This document shows positions 40,301 through 52,300 of a DNA stretch of 64,000 nucleotides, piece after piece (position 1 is the first letter of the stretch; each line of letters opens with the position of its first letter). Position numbers and translations under genes: made by a program. This DNA comes from Chiloscyllium plagiosum (lineage: Eukaryota), in assembly GCF_004010195.1 (NCBI RefSeq), contig NC_057749.1, forward strand, positions 13,824,543-13,888,542, in the 5' to 3' direction. The notes under the pieces are model-generated. The model ran no database searches. It worked only from the letters and a program-made list of their open reading frames with translations, and was not told where the DNA came from.

Positions 40301-43300
40301 TGTGGTTAGAGGTATGATCATCTTGTGGTACAAAGAATTCAGGTAAGTTTTCCCCTTCTTGATGCACTGTTTGTAGTTCAGCATCTAGCTCAAATGAGCT
40401 GAGTCTTCCTGAAGGTCAAATATTTATCACAGAAATGTTCACCTTCGATAAAACTGGCATCCAGGAGCTACTACAATCTGTAGCTATGACACATCACCTA
40501 ACTTGGCAGCCGCTATGTGTTCTAGTTAGCCACTTAAATTATTATATTGAATTCAATTTACTTCTGTTTAAATATATTCTCGATGTTGCTGACTGCCTCT
40601 GGATGCTCCTTTTGCTTGTTCTTTTCGACACTGTTGTCTCTAGTTCTCCCAGACATTGCTGACTGCCTCTAGCTCTCACTGGGGACACTCCATTTTATTT
40701 TACTGTAAGTTGATATTAGTAAGCTGATGCTAGGGCTTTGACTCTGTTCTGCAGTATAATTATATGGGCAGTGCCATCCTTAATCCCGGTTGCTGGCATT
40801 CTGTCATTGTGTTTCTGCGTATGTTCAGTCACCTAATGGTCGCATTGACAATAATTGCAGTCCTTTCAAATTAGAAAGCACCCTTTTCTGATTTCTAGTG
40901 ATGTGATAGCAAAAACAAATTTAAGAGCTACTTGTATTATTTTATAGGTACCTACTTTCACTGGACAAAGTGAAATACTTTTAAATTTGATGATGGGGCT
41001 TGTGTGATCAGGCTTCCTTAAAGTCTCTTCATACAAGTGAAAAAAAAATTGAAGCTCTTGACAATTTAATTTCAATGTCGCTGGTTTGGAGGCAGTTCAG
41101 GGAGAAGTCTCAAGACAGAAAAATTAACCAAGGCCACTATTTCAACTGTTGCTCTATGACCAATGTTACCACACATCAATGTGAACAAGAATGAAGTTCA
41201 ATTGTCTGATACATTTCTCATTGGTTCAGCCCAAATAAGAAGTGACATTAAGTGAGATACTGTTTCCTGTGGGACCAGAACCTTGTGTATACCAGCATCT
41301 TTGGGAGACATGGGGAGAAAGAACTGAAAACTGGATGGGCAGAACATGGTAAATTTTAATGTGTATAACCTTTCTTTCATTGTCTAATCACAGGTTGGGT
41401 GTTAATCATCATGTTTTTAAACTTGCAACACAAATAGTCTTTGTCACTATGCAATTTAACATTGTATACACATACATTTAATTCATCAATAAAATTGAAC
41501 TATTATAACCTTAAGATACTGCCAGTTCCGCACAGATTTAAAGTGATCAGTCTATTTGTGTTGTCTTGCACTCTGAACTCTGGCTGTCAACAGTAACCTT
41601 GTGCTGTTTGCCCTAACTGCGAACATTGTTTACACAGACCTAGATCCTTTAATCAACTGGCATTTTGACCAAATAGCCAAGAGGTGACAGACATGTTCCT
41701 TTACCACCAAATACGTAGGGAAGTAGAGGGAGCATCTCTCTTGTTAAAGAAACATGGGCTGCCATATAACATTCAAAATTAACTCAAAAAAAGGTCTGGG
41801 AAAATTTGATACCATATACATCATGCTTGCAAACATTTAGGCCTTCACAAAATAGTAAACATTTCAAAAGCAAAAAGAAACAAACTCTGCACCTTCAGGG
41901 AGTAGAAAGCTGACAGACTGCCCTTCTTCTTAAATCTACAGGTTTCCAAAGTCTAACTTGGCTTGATCAGTTGTTTCCAATTGACACTAACCCGTTTCCT
42001 ACAATCTTCAATCTTGCTGGTGTCCCCATTACTTTCACACAAATTTCTCATTTAAACACAGTTGAATTGTTAGCATAAAAGATCTAATCTCCTACCAAAG
42101 GTCACTTCAGTCTTAGCACTGGGTCAAAGGTGGTAAGATGCAGTTAATTGTTGTCTCCTAAAGCAAAAGTCAAATTCTGTTTAAGTGTGACTAGGAAGAA
42201 GCCAAGAAAGAGGGCAACACAAGAACAAGGGGAGGTAAAACTGGAGCAATACTTCATTTTAGTTCTCTTAAAAATTAAAAATAATCAAGTATATATTTTG
42301 ACAGAATTTTCCATCAGAACATAAGCCAAACGTCCGTCAAAGATGATGTTTTGATACATCAATGGATCTTTTCATGCACGGCCTTCCGTTTTATTTTAGT
42401 TCTTTTAACAATGTGACATATTGAAATGTTCTCACCATAGACTAAGTTAGATGCATTACACAGGGTAAATATTCTCAACATGTTCCAACAGAAATTCAGA
42501 AGTTTTTTCTGCAGTTAATCAGAATGGCCTCATCACAACTTGTTTACAGAAAATTTCCCAATGAAAACTATAAGGTGAAAAGGCCAAAAGGAAGAACAAC
42601 TTATGCCAGTCTTTTGTATGAACACTAATGCAATGTCTGACTATATTGGCATTAGTTAAAATGTGCATGTTGGTGACCAATAGGGATAAATATCAACCAA
42701 GACACCAGGGATAACCCCGATCATCTTTAAAATAATGACACAGGAATGCTTGCTTATAGTTAAGGGGATACATGACAATCTAGGTTTGACATTTCATCCA
42801 AAAAACCAACACCTCCAACAATGCAGTACTCCCACAGGACTGCAAATAGGGTTTTGAGAGAAAGCATGCTGTATTATTAGGGCAGCTATCAGTCCACCAT
42901 ATGTCTTGATAGAAAATTTAAAGACAAAGTTTCTTATCTGAACCCACTCAACTGGATTTTTCAGCATCAATTACAGCAGGAAGCCCTGCCAATCTTGTTG
43001 ACTTGTCCTTCAGTGACAGTTGGAAATTAATCTTTATATTTTAAAACAGGCCTCCATATTTTAGCACAAGTATTAATAATTCCACTTTGAAGATATGAGA
43101 GACAGGATTCTTGATATTTAACTTTCATTAATCCTCTTAAGCACCTATATATACCCAAAGGTCCATGGAGCACCAACAATTACAGATCTTATAAGATATA
43201 AATCACGGACAAACATGACACAACAATATTCAAAGCATAATTTTATATTAAGTGCAGCTTCTACTTGACTTCGTTCTCCAAAACTTGGCTCAATTCAAGG

Positions 43301-46300
43301 TATGTTAGTTCAGCAATAAACTGCATGAATCCCACCAAGATTATAAGCCATACTTGTCAACTAAACAGAAAACAAAATGTTCTATTAACAGCCAAGATGT
43401 TTCCATTTTGCCAAGTACCAAGTAAATATTTTTTAAAATGGCACCATTTTCCCCTGAATTCTTCCTTGATTTCTCAGCAACGATTTCTATGTTTTCTTTC
43501 CCTGCATTTGTGCAATCAGTTCAAAATGAAAATGTATTTGTCACTCTGGCAATTGGGTTTGTGCCTGTCTCTACTGAAACCTGCAATGCTTTTATAAGAT
43601 TTTATTTCAGTCTTTCTTTCTCTTATATTCTCACAAAGGCATTATGCTCTAAACTCTTTGCTTCCCTTGAGAAAAAGTTAAGTGACTCAAGTGTTGGCAA
43701 CTTGTCATGGGTTTTCATTCTCAAGAAAGTTGCATAAAAAAAGTGTGTTGATAAATAACTCACAAGAGTTAAGGATTAGTTTCAACCATCAGCAATTAGT
43801 CCTTCTGTAATTTTTCGTAATCTTGTTAGTTCACGAACCAATCAGATCACATAAAAACATCAAAGTCTAATTGCATGCTTCTTGTGGGTTACATTCTCAT
43901 TTGATCAAAAAACGTGAAAAAAGACATTTGCAGTAAAACAGTGGGACATCACCACATGAGACCCCTTAGATAATTTAATGCAGCTTTAAAATCCCCGCCT
44001 CACAAATTAGAAGTGATTTCTAGACATTGTGGATTCTGACCTTGGGTAATCATTTTAAAACAGAGGGTGAGAATGAAACTTTTACAAATCAAGGTACATT
44101 TAATGTTTCTCGAGTTAATTAACTGGAAAACGGCCCAAAATAAAAACAAAAGTCATTATACTGATTGGTTACTGGGTACAAAGAGCAATTCAAAATTTAT
44201 AAATGGGCCTATAGTGTATCTTTAAGCTCAAATCATGAAGCAATTACTGAACACTGTGAAACACATTTTCAACATGTACAAGCATATATTTTATAATTGT
44301 TTTTATCAACTTGTTTGGATATGTTATAATATTTTAGCCCAGGCATACGGACACTATCGCTACATCGTAAGACCCCCTTCATTACAGTATAGAAGGACAT
44401 AATTGGTCAATTATATAATTCAAATGAGAAATTACAGAAAACACATTAACCTCTTTGCTTCTGGGGATCTAGTAGATGAATACTTTGACTTTTCCTTCAA
44501 TTCACCAGTGTCATGGTTTTATTTTATACTTCAACTTTAGTTAACTGAATACTTTTCCTAAAGTATTTGCATTTGGCGGTAAAATTTATCCTGTTCTTTG
44601 TTGTAAATTACAACCTGCTCCCATTCTTTCCATTGATTTGTATCAAATTCCTGATTTTCTTCCTTCTCTATACTAATGAAGGAATTTTAGTCAAATACAA
44701 TTTTACATCAATGTTTTATACTTAATCTTAGTTTTGGGAAGCTGATCTATATATGCCCTTCTCTCCCATTTACATTATACCAGATAAACAAAGGCCTTTA
44801 AAGATCACTGCAAAATCTGTATGGGTTGAGTGTTAAGCTAATACACAAATGGCATGATGCACAGTTTAAATTCAGAGTGCTGCAAGTTAGAGAATCAGAG
44901 GCTGGTACAATTGCAACATTTAAGAGGCATTTGGATGAGTATATGAATAGGAAGGGTTTGGAGGCATATCTGCCAGGTGCTGGCAGATGGGACTAGATTG
45001 GGTTGGGATATCTGGTCGGCATGGACAGGTTGGACCGAAGGGTCTGTTTCCATGCTGTACATCTCGATGACTCTATGAACACATCATAGTGAGCTTTGGA
45101 AAGGTATTACAACAAAGTAGTCCATAAAATGAGAAAAGGCTTCAGTACATTTCAGTACATTGTTTCTGTTCATCTGTTTGACTCAGTCATCCACCATCCC
45201 CCCCCCACTTCCCTAGCTCTTTCTCATCTACATGCTACCACTGGTTACATCAACTTCAAGCAATAAGCTACATACCAAGGTACACAACTGACCCAATTCT
45301 TCTTCCCACATTTCTCTCTTCTGATTGGTAGTACCTCTGTCTCTTGAATCAGGAGATGAAAGATTCAATATCTGAAGAGAAACTGGTACTACATACTCAT
45401 CCAGGCTGTTTTTATTACATGTACATTGCTTATTCGAATGCACACTGTTTTTAAAACTTATACATGGCTACATAAACATGAATCTTGTGAAGTGGTGGGA
45501 AAAAAATTAAAGAAGTGTTTTCTGAAGCCATAGTTTTACACTGAAGGAAATTACTTAAAATACAGAATATTGTAAACCAGTGCATTTCATGAACGCAAGG
45601 TATTCCATACAAGTAGCATTCTACACTTAATCTCCTGGTACTCACATTTGAAAGATCGCCAGAGAGATCCACGTCAGGTTCCAGTTTTGGAGTGTCTGAT
45701 GAAGTTGGTTCTTGTACAGAAATGACAGGTATTGCTTCCACATTTACATCTTCTGACAGACAGGCGACATCTCTTTCACTTTCAATAGAGTCTGTATCCT
45801 GCTGCCAAGACTTGTCTTGCAAAGGCACATTATCAGGCTGCACTGGATCTGCAGACATGTTTGCTGTGTGCTAATGTAACATAATGCTTATTAACAAGAT
45901 GTTTCAATAGCTTTACAATTATTCAAAATGCTGCTATTGATTAAAATACAAAGCTCTCTTGGCCCAACTCTCCAGAGTTAAAGCTGTACAAAGACAATTT
46001 GTATTTGCTTCCAACTAGATACTGATTAGATTAGAAGCACCTTGTAAGCAGGAGATTTTGTTGCAGGCTATAAAAGAGAAGGCAGCTAAAGTGCTTACAT
46101 GTAAAATAAAACTACTTCATATTTTAAAACCAGTTGAATTAGAAACCCTACAGTGGAATAATCTATTTACAGAGCAGGATGGATTTGTAACCCCTGGTAA
46201 AAATATACAACTGACCACTGGTGCAGAGTTTGGTCAAAGACTTATCCAACTGCTGAAGAAGATGGATATAGGCTGGCTGAAGGTCAATCACATCAAAAGG

Positions 46301-49300
46301 TTTGCTCTTATATTGCAGATCGAACTGCAAAGAGCCTGAAATAATCCATCAAGCATAATCAAAACAAAATGGGTGCGCAGCCAAAACAGAGCTTGGAGAG
46401 GGATAGATAAAACTATGATCAGAGATTTAGGTTTTCAAGAGAATGTTTTAGAGCTTGGGTTGCTAATTACTGGGCAAGCTGGTCTTAGGAGTGCTGGATC
46501 TATTCTTCCAAAGGAAATACTATAAATGATATGTCCAATTTGCAACGTAGAAAGCACACACCATCAAAAGCTCTTGCAATCCAGCCTCGGAAATCCTGAT
46601 GATACCATACTATGTATGGCTATTTACTTATCTGATTTGAATTTTATAAATGTGAACATTTGCTAAAGACTGTACTAGCATTGTTACAGAAATGTACAAC
46701 TAGAATACAAAAACAATTGTCAGACTTCAGAAATTAATGGGAACTTGCTACATAGCACTGAAGCTCTGTGGTATGTTTCAAATTGTCTGAAAGGCTAAAC
46801 ACACCAGCTTTAGTGGTATCTAGAAAGTAACTAGTTAAATGAGAATGCTTTTTTTTGCAGTATCATGTTTATCAGGCTTTTCGCGAAACAGAATTTCATG
46901 AATTAAGTATATGACTGCAGTCACGAGTCATAACAATAAATCTGAGGATTAAAGGTAACAATGTGTTATAAGACAAAGTCGAAAGAAACATTATACACTT
47001 GAGAATATTTATGAATTCAGTTGTATCTATAACCTAACAATTAGAAATAATGTTAAATTAATTTCAAGAATATTAAGTACAAAGCAACTCTGTTTTCTCA
47101 ACTATTATCTTTAGCATACATACATTATTGAATCATTTCATACATTATTAGTATGAAATTACAGTGACTTGTTTATTGTGAAATTTGTGCTTATCAAAGT
47201 AAGCTTTATCAGAGTTGAGGTATGGAGCACTATGTCAGCATCATGTACATTCAGATCATTAATTTCAAAACATTCAGAATTTTAGCACTGGGTGGAATAC
47301 CTTTACTATCATTATGTCATCCAACCATTCAGTAGCTAATGGTTGGGTGCCAGCACAGGCACTAGTCCTGGAAACAAAGTGTCCTCTGAAGCAATTCAGT
47401 TACAGAAGGGGAAACTTTTCAGAGCCAAGAATTTAAACATTAATAATATCCAACATAAAATGACAACTTAATACAAATGTGTAGTCTCCTGGACTCTTGG
47501 AATGATTGATATTTCTAGATTACGGATTTATAATACCAGACAGAATTCTGAATTTCACATCAGTGTAGGCTAATTCTTCAAAAACCAGCAGTAACCACAT
47601 CACGGTCAACAATTCTGTTCTGTAAATTCTGCTGCATGGAACGGATGCAAAATGAATTGAGAAATGAAAATGGAATAAGTTCAGAATAAATTTACTGTCT
47701 CTGGTGGCACTGGATCTTTATACAAAATATTCAGACACCTGGTATTCAGAACATTTCTCATAATGGACCAAAGCTACAGATACCAAATAGTTGTGATAAA
47801 ATCTCTTCCCTGAAGGGTTGTTTTTCAGAAAACAACTTTTTTTGGATGGTCATTTTTGTGTGTGGTGTCAACCTGGATATGAAGATTCCCGATCAAAGGG
47901 CAGGCGGTGAAATAGAGTCTTTAAAAATAAGTCAATGCTCTGTTTGAAATCTGAAAGCATAATAGTGTAATTACATCACTAAATAGGTCTTTTTTTTCAA
48001 ATTACAGGGTTACAACACTGTTGGAACTATGAACAACCTCAAATATGTGAAAGATAAATGCTTCTGCAGTCAGCTTTCGACCAGCCAATGCTACTTAAAC
48101 TAGACTGATGTATCTCCTTGTGCATTCCATTACACCAAAGTCATGTCTCCTTGCCTTAGTGCTCTCCTCCTGGAGCATTTTGTTTCTGCCCACTTTTCAT
48201 CTACATAACTGTCTACTAAGCTATAGGTTCATATTTTTCCCTCTGAGGCTCTTAACTTTGCTTCTTCATCCAAAAGCTTATTTTTGCTTCTCCTCTCTTT
48301 AATCACACTACCAAATAAAAATCTGCATTTCAACTTCATAGTTTTGCTTTTCCCTGCCTGATCCTAAATTTCTCCCTCACCTTTGGGACCCCATTATATT
48401 TCCAAAGATGTTCTTCATAACTTATCTATGCTCCCTTCTGCTATTTGTTTTTGTTACTGACTCTCCTAAACCTGAGTCCAAATTTCTCTGTTCCTTCATT
48501 TAAATTCAATTCCAACAGATCGCAAAACATCACATCTAGTTAATTATTTGTATGTGATCCTTCATTTGCCACAACTGCTTATTTATTCAAATTAACTAAT
48601 TACCATACAGGCTGCCCAGACATTCTTCATTCTCCAAGGCCTATTTTTATTTATTCCTTTGACAATAACTGTTTATTTAATCTGCTTAATTAACTAACCA
48701 ATGTTAATTCATATTCAGATTCGACTCCTACCAGAGGAAGAAAACCTCCTACCAGAGGAGCGATATGAATACAGTTGCAAGCAATATGCAGATGACACAT
48801 TGCAAACCAGGACATGACATCAGCTGCACAAAGTGCATCAGAGAGAACAGTTAATATAAACCTAAAATAACTTAAAACTGTTGTTACTACTGGAACTTTA
48901 TGAAAATTTGGAAACTCGCCATTACAAATTCAGCCTGAATATTGCAATTAATGATCACAGTACAACTGAGAAATGAAAGCAACAGAGCCTTGACAGGGAA
49001 AGCAAGTATGCTTCAAGAATGAAGCACTTGTACAAGTAAATACCGTCTTGTTGGTTGCATTATACTTAAAGAGACTTTTTAAACCTTGACTCATTTCATT
49101 TGATGACTTCATAATGACTACAAATGGAACACAATTTAATAAAATTGTATATTAGCTGTCTCACAGCATTTTTTAAAGTGATTGTAAACATTAAATATTA
49201 CAAAAGGAAGATTTTACCAGTTTATTTAGTTTATGTAGCTAGTGCATACCTTGAGGACATCTATAGAGGTGTCTTCATTCCTGTTAATTAACTTTTCTGG

Positions 49301-52300
49301 TGAATCTGTCATGCTCTCAGAACTAGGGCTACTTTCAAAGTCTATTTTGCTATTCTGGGAGACTGAGAGCCCGTTTTCTTTATCACTGTCATCCTTAAGA
49401 CTCAGGTCCATCATGTCTGAAGTCTTAGTAGAAGCATTTGCAGCCATTGTGGCAGAACGTGATCGGGTAGCTCTTCCACGCTGTACTGTTTCCCATCCTT
49501 CGGTATCTTTCTTTTCTACAGAGAAGTGAACAAAGACAGATTGGCAAAATATAGTGTTAACTGATATCTGTGTAAAACAGTGAGTACTGCAGAACGGCAA
49601 GGAGTTTTCAGTTTCAGTTGTACAATGGACAAAATTAACAAAATAAAGCTCAATTAATAATTCACATTCCAAAAACATCACAGAGGCCCTCAAGTCCCTC
49701 AATCTTGCTTACACTCTCAGCTACAATGACACAAGTGACCTAAAGAAAACTGGAAAATAAACAAAGAGACTCAAAAACATTAAATTTCATTTCAAATACA
49801 AATCTCATCTAGTCTATGATTTTATTGATCAAAAGCTTTCTGAGAAGGCATTTCTGACAGCTACATCAGAAACTACACGCACACAAAAAACAAACTGTAA
49901 ATTTATTTTAATGCCATTCGAACTTTTCTAACCTGAAAATCTGCAACAAATCTGAAATTTCAGCATAATTGTTTGCAAATGAAAAAGTGGGGTAATTTAT
50001 AAAAATGGTTTTGCTCAGCATTGTTAGTTATCAATTGTTGATTGTCTGTTGGTCTAATTGATAAAGGCACAAATCAGCACAGCACCAGAAGATCCCAGGT
50101 CTGACTGTGTAACAAGAAATAAATTTGAATGACCTTGCTTTGTGATAGGAGAAAGAATCAAGATTGGCTGTTCCCATGGTGAGAATTGCAAGGATTTAGA
50201 TTCAGGGATACGTGCATGCACTTCTAATAAAACAATGCAGAAACAGTAAAGCTTCACAACCTTTGCCCTTAATTTTCTAGGTTTATACTGCAAATGTAAT
50301 GGTATCAAAGGACTAGAAATGCTCAGGGGCAAAAGACAGCACCTAAATGAGAGAAGTGTCAAAAAAGAATTAACTTGCTAGCATTCCAAAATAACATACA
50401 TCAAGCAGAAGTTATAGTTCTGATTGGACATTCTACTGTTTCTACAGCTGCTTCATCTACCACAGATGTTAAACAAAAGAATATCAATTTTCATCATTAC
50501 CCACAAATCTGATCATTGCTCTCAAGTATCAGATTCTCTGCTATGGTGGGCCTAAAACTTTCCCAGCTTCCTTATGTACTTGTACAGTAGTCATGCATAA
50601 GCTATGCAGAACTGTAGACATAGCAGATGTTTGTGAACTACCAGTCTCGCCAGTACATACTGTAAACACACAAAGACCACCCAATTTGAAGATGAATCTC
50701 ATCTTAGCATTACACATTTGCACAATATCAAAACGTGTGATTTTTAAATGATAAATCTTTAATATTTTAAGGTTTGCAACAGTGTAGAGGTAGTAATGCA
50801 GTGTGGATCACCCAGAGGTGTTCTTGTGTTTCCAAGAGTGACAACAGAAATTGGAAACAAGTCAACTTAAAGGTGACAAAAATGAGAAGGTGGCAGACAT
50901 TTGAATATACCCCAACAAAACAAATTTGCAAGTTTCCGGTGAGTCAAGCAGCAGAGAAAATCCAAAGATTGGATTGACCAGTTATTCACAAGGCTAAGAA
51001 TAGAATTATTATTTAAAGCAGACATCTCAATCTGCAGCATGCTAGAAGGATGGAATACAGATACAAGAAGCAGGTTGGCTAGTTTTACTGGATAAGAAGT
51101 CTTGCATGCTGCTGTCGGGGCTGTTGCGAAATCTGGTGCGCGTATTAAACAGCTATCAATTCATGAACAGTTGCACCTAACTGGAAGAATTTATATTAAG
51201 TTTGAAGTTTGGGCATGTTTCTTTTCCAACGTTGAGAAAAACAGAGAATTATTCAAAAGAAATGTTGCAGTTTGAGGTTCAAGATCCACACTGAAGAAGT
51301 AAGGTTCCAGCCCTCTCCAATTGGAAATCTGATGCAAACATACCATTCAATATTTCATGGTTCACATTTCCAAAACAATTAGTTTACTTGGAGCAAAAGG
51401 AACCCACATAAACTTAAGAGAAAAGTTTCAGGGAATTTATCAACCAAGTACGTACCATATGGCAACATATGATCTTATTGTTTTGCAGCCAATTATAACA
51501 TCTCCTTAAGAATACATTACAGTGCAAATCACTATTTTACATATGACTAGTTTTGTTGGAATTCCTAAAAAATCTCTTGAAATTATCCACGCACTTTGCG
51601 GGTATTAACTGCAACTTCAGCATGAATTTTTAAAAAGTCCTTCTCAGCCTCCACTGAGTTTAACCAAATTTAGGGCAATATTACCCAGATTCTCCATATA
51701 CTCCAACATCCCCAGGTGCCTTTGATCAGCTTTGCTATTCTCTCATTCTAATCTTTACGAGGAAAGGATATTGAAATTGGAGAATTAAATACCCATCTCC
51801 AGCACAAGTTCCAGGCAATTTGACTCATCACTCTGCACTCTTATTTGAGTGAGAAGATTCTAAATTATAGTTTTCAACCATCTGAGTGGCACTGGTTTCC
51901 TGAAATTGAGGGATCTTCCCCACAGACACTCCACAACCCCAGCATGACTCAGTGATATTGTCAGCCACTCTTAATGCCTCAGATTCAATGACATCACTCA
52001 TCCACAGCCATAGCAAGTCACAATCATATCAAGCACAGGTAGGATGGGTTGAATAGTTGGAGAGCTCAGGAATCAGAAAAGCTGGAGCTCCGAGAACAGA
52101 GGGTTCAGAGAAAAGAGATGAAGACTTGAGAATGAAGGCTGGAGAATGTAGGCTAAGGGGAGAGAGGTTGAAACTGGGTCACTGAGAAAGAAACAGATAG
52201 TAAAGGTGAACTAAATCTGGGACATTACATGGCTAGAGTGCAGTGGTTTTCACTGGAGAAACAGAATTGTGAAACAAAAAAAAACACAATTCTTCACTGC

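Noticed and set aside
47575..47680. Pyrimidine tract with a CAGCAG acceptor-like site on the minus strand
   Set aside because: No convincing donor follows before an in-frame stop at about 17 codons.
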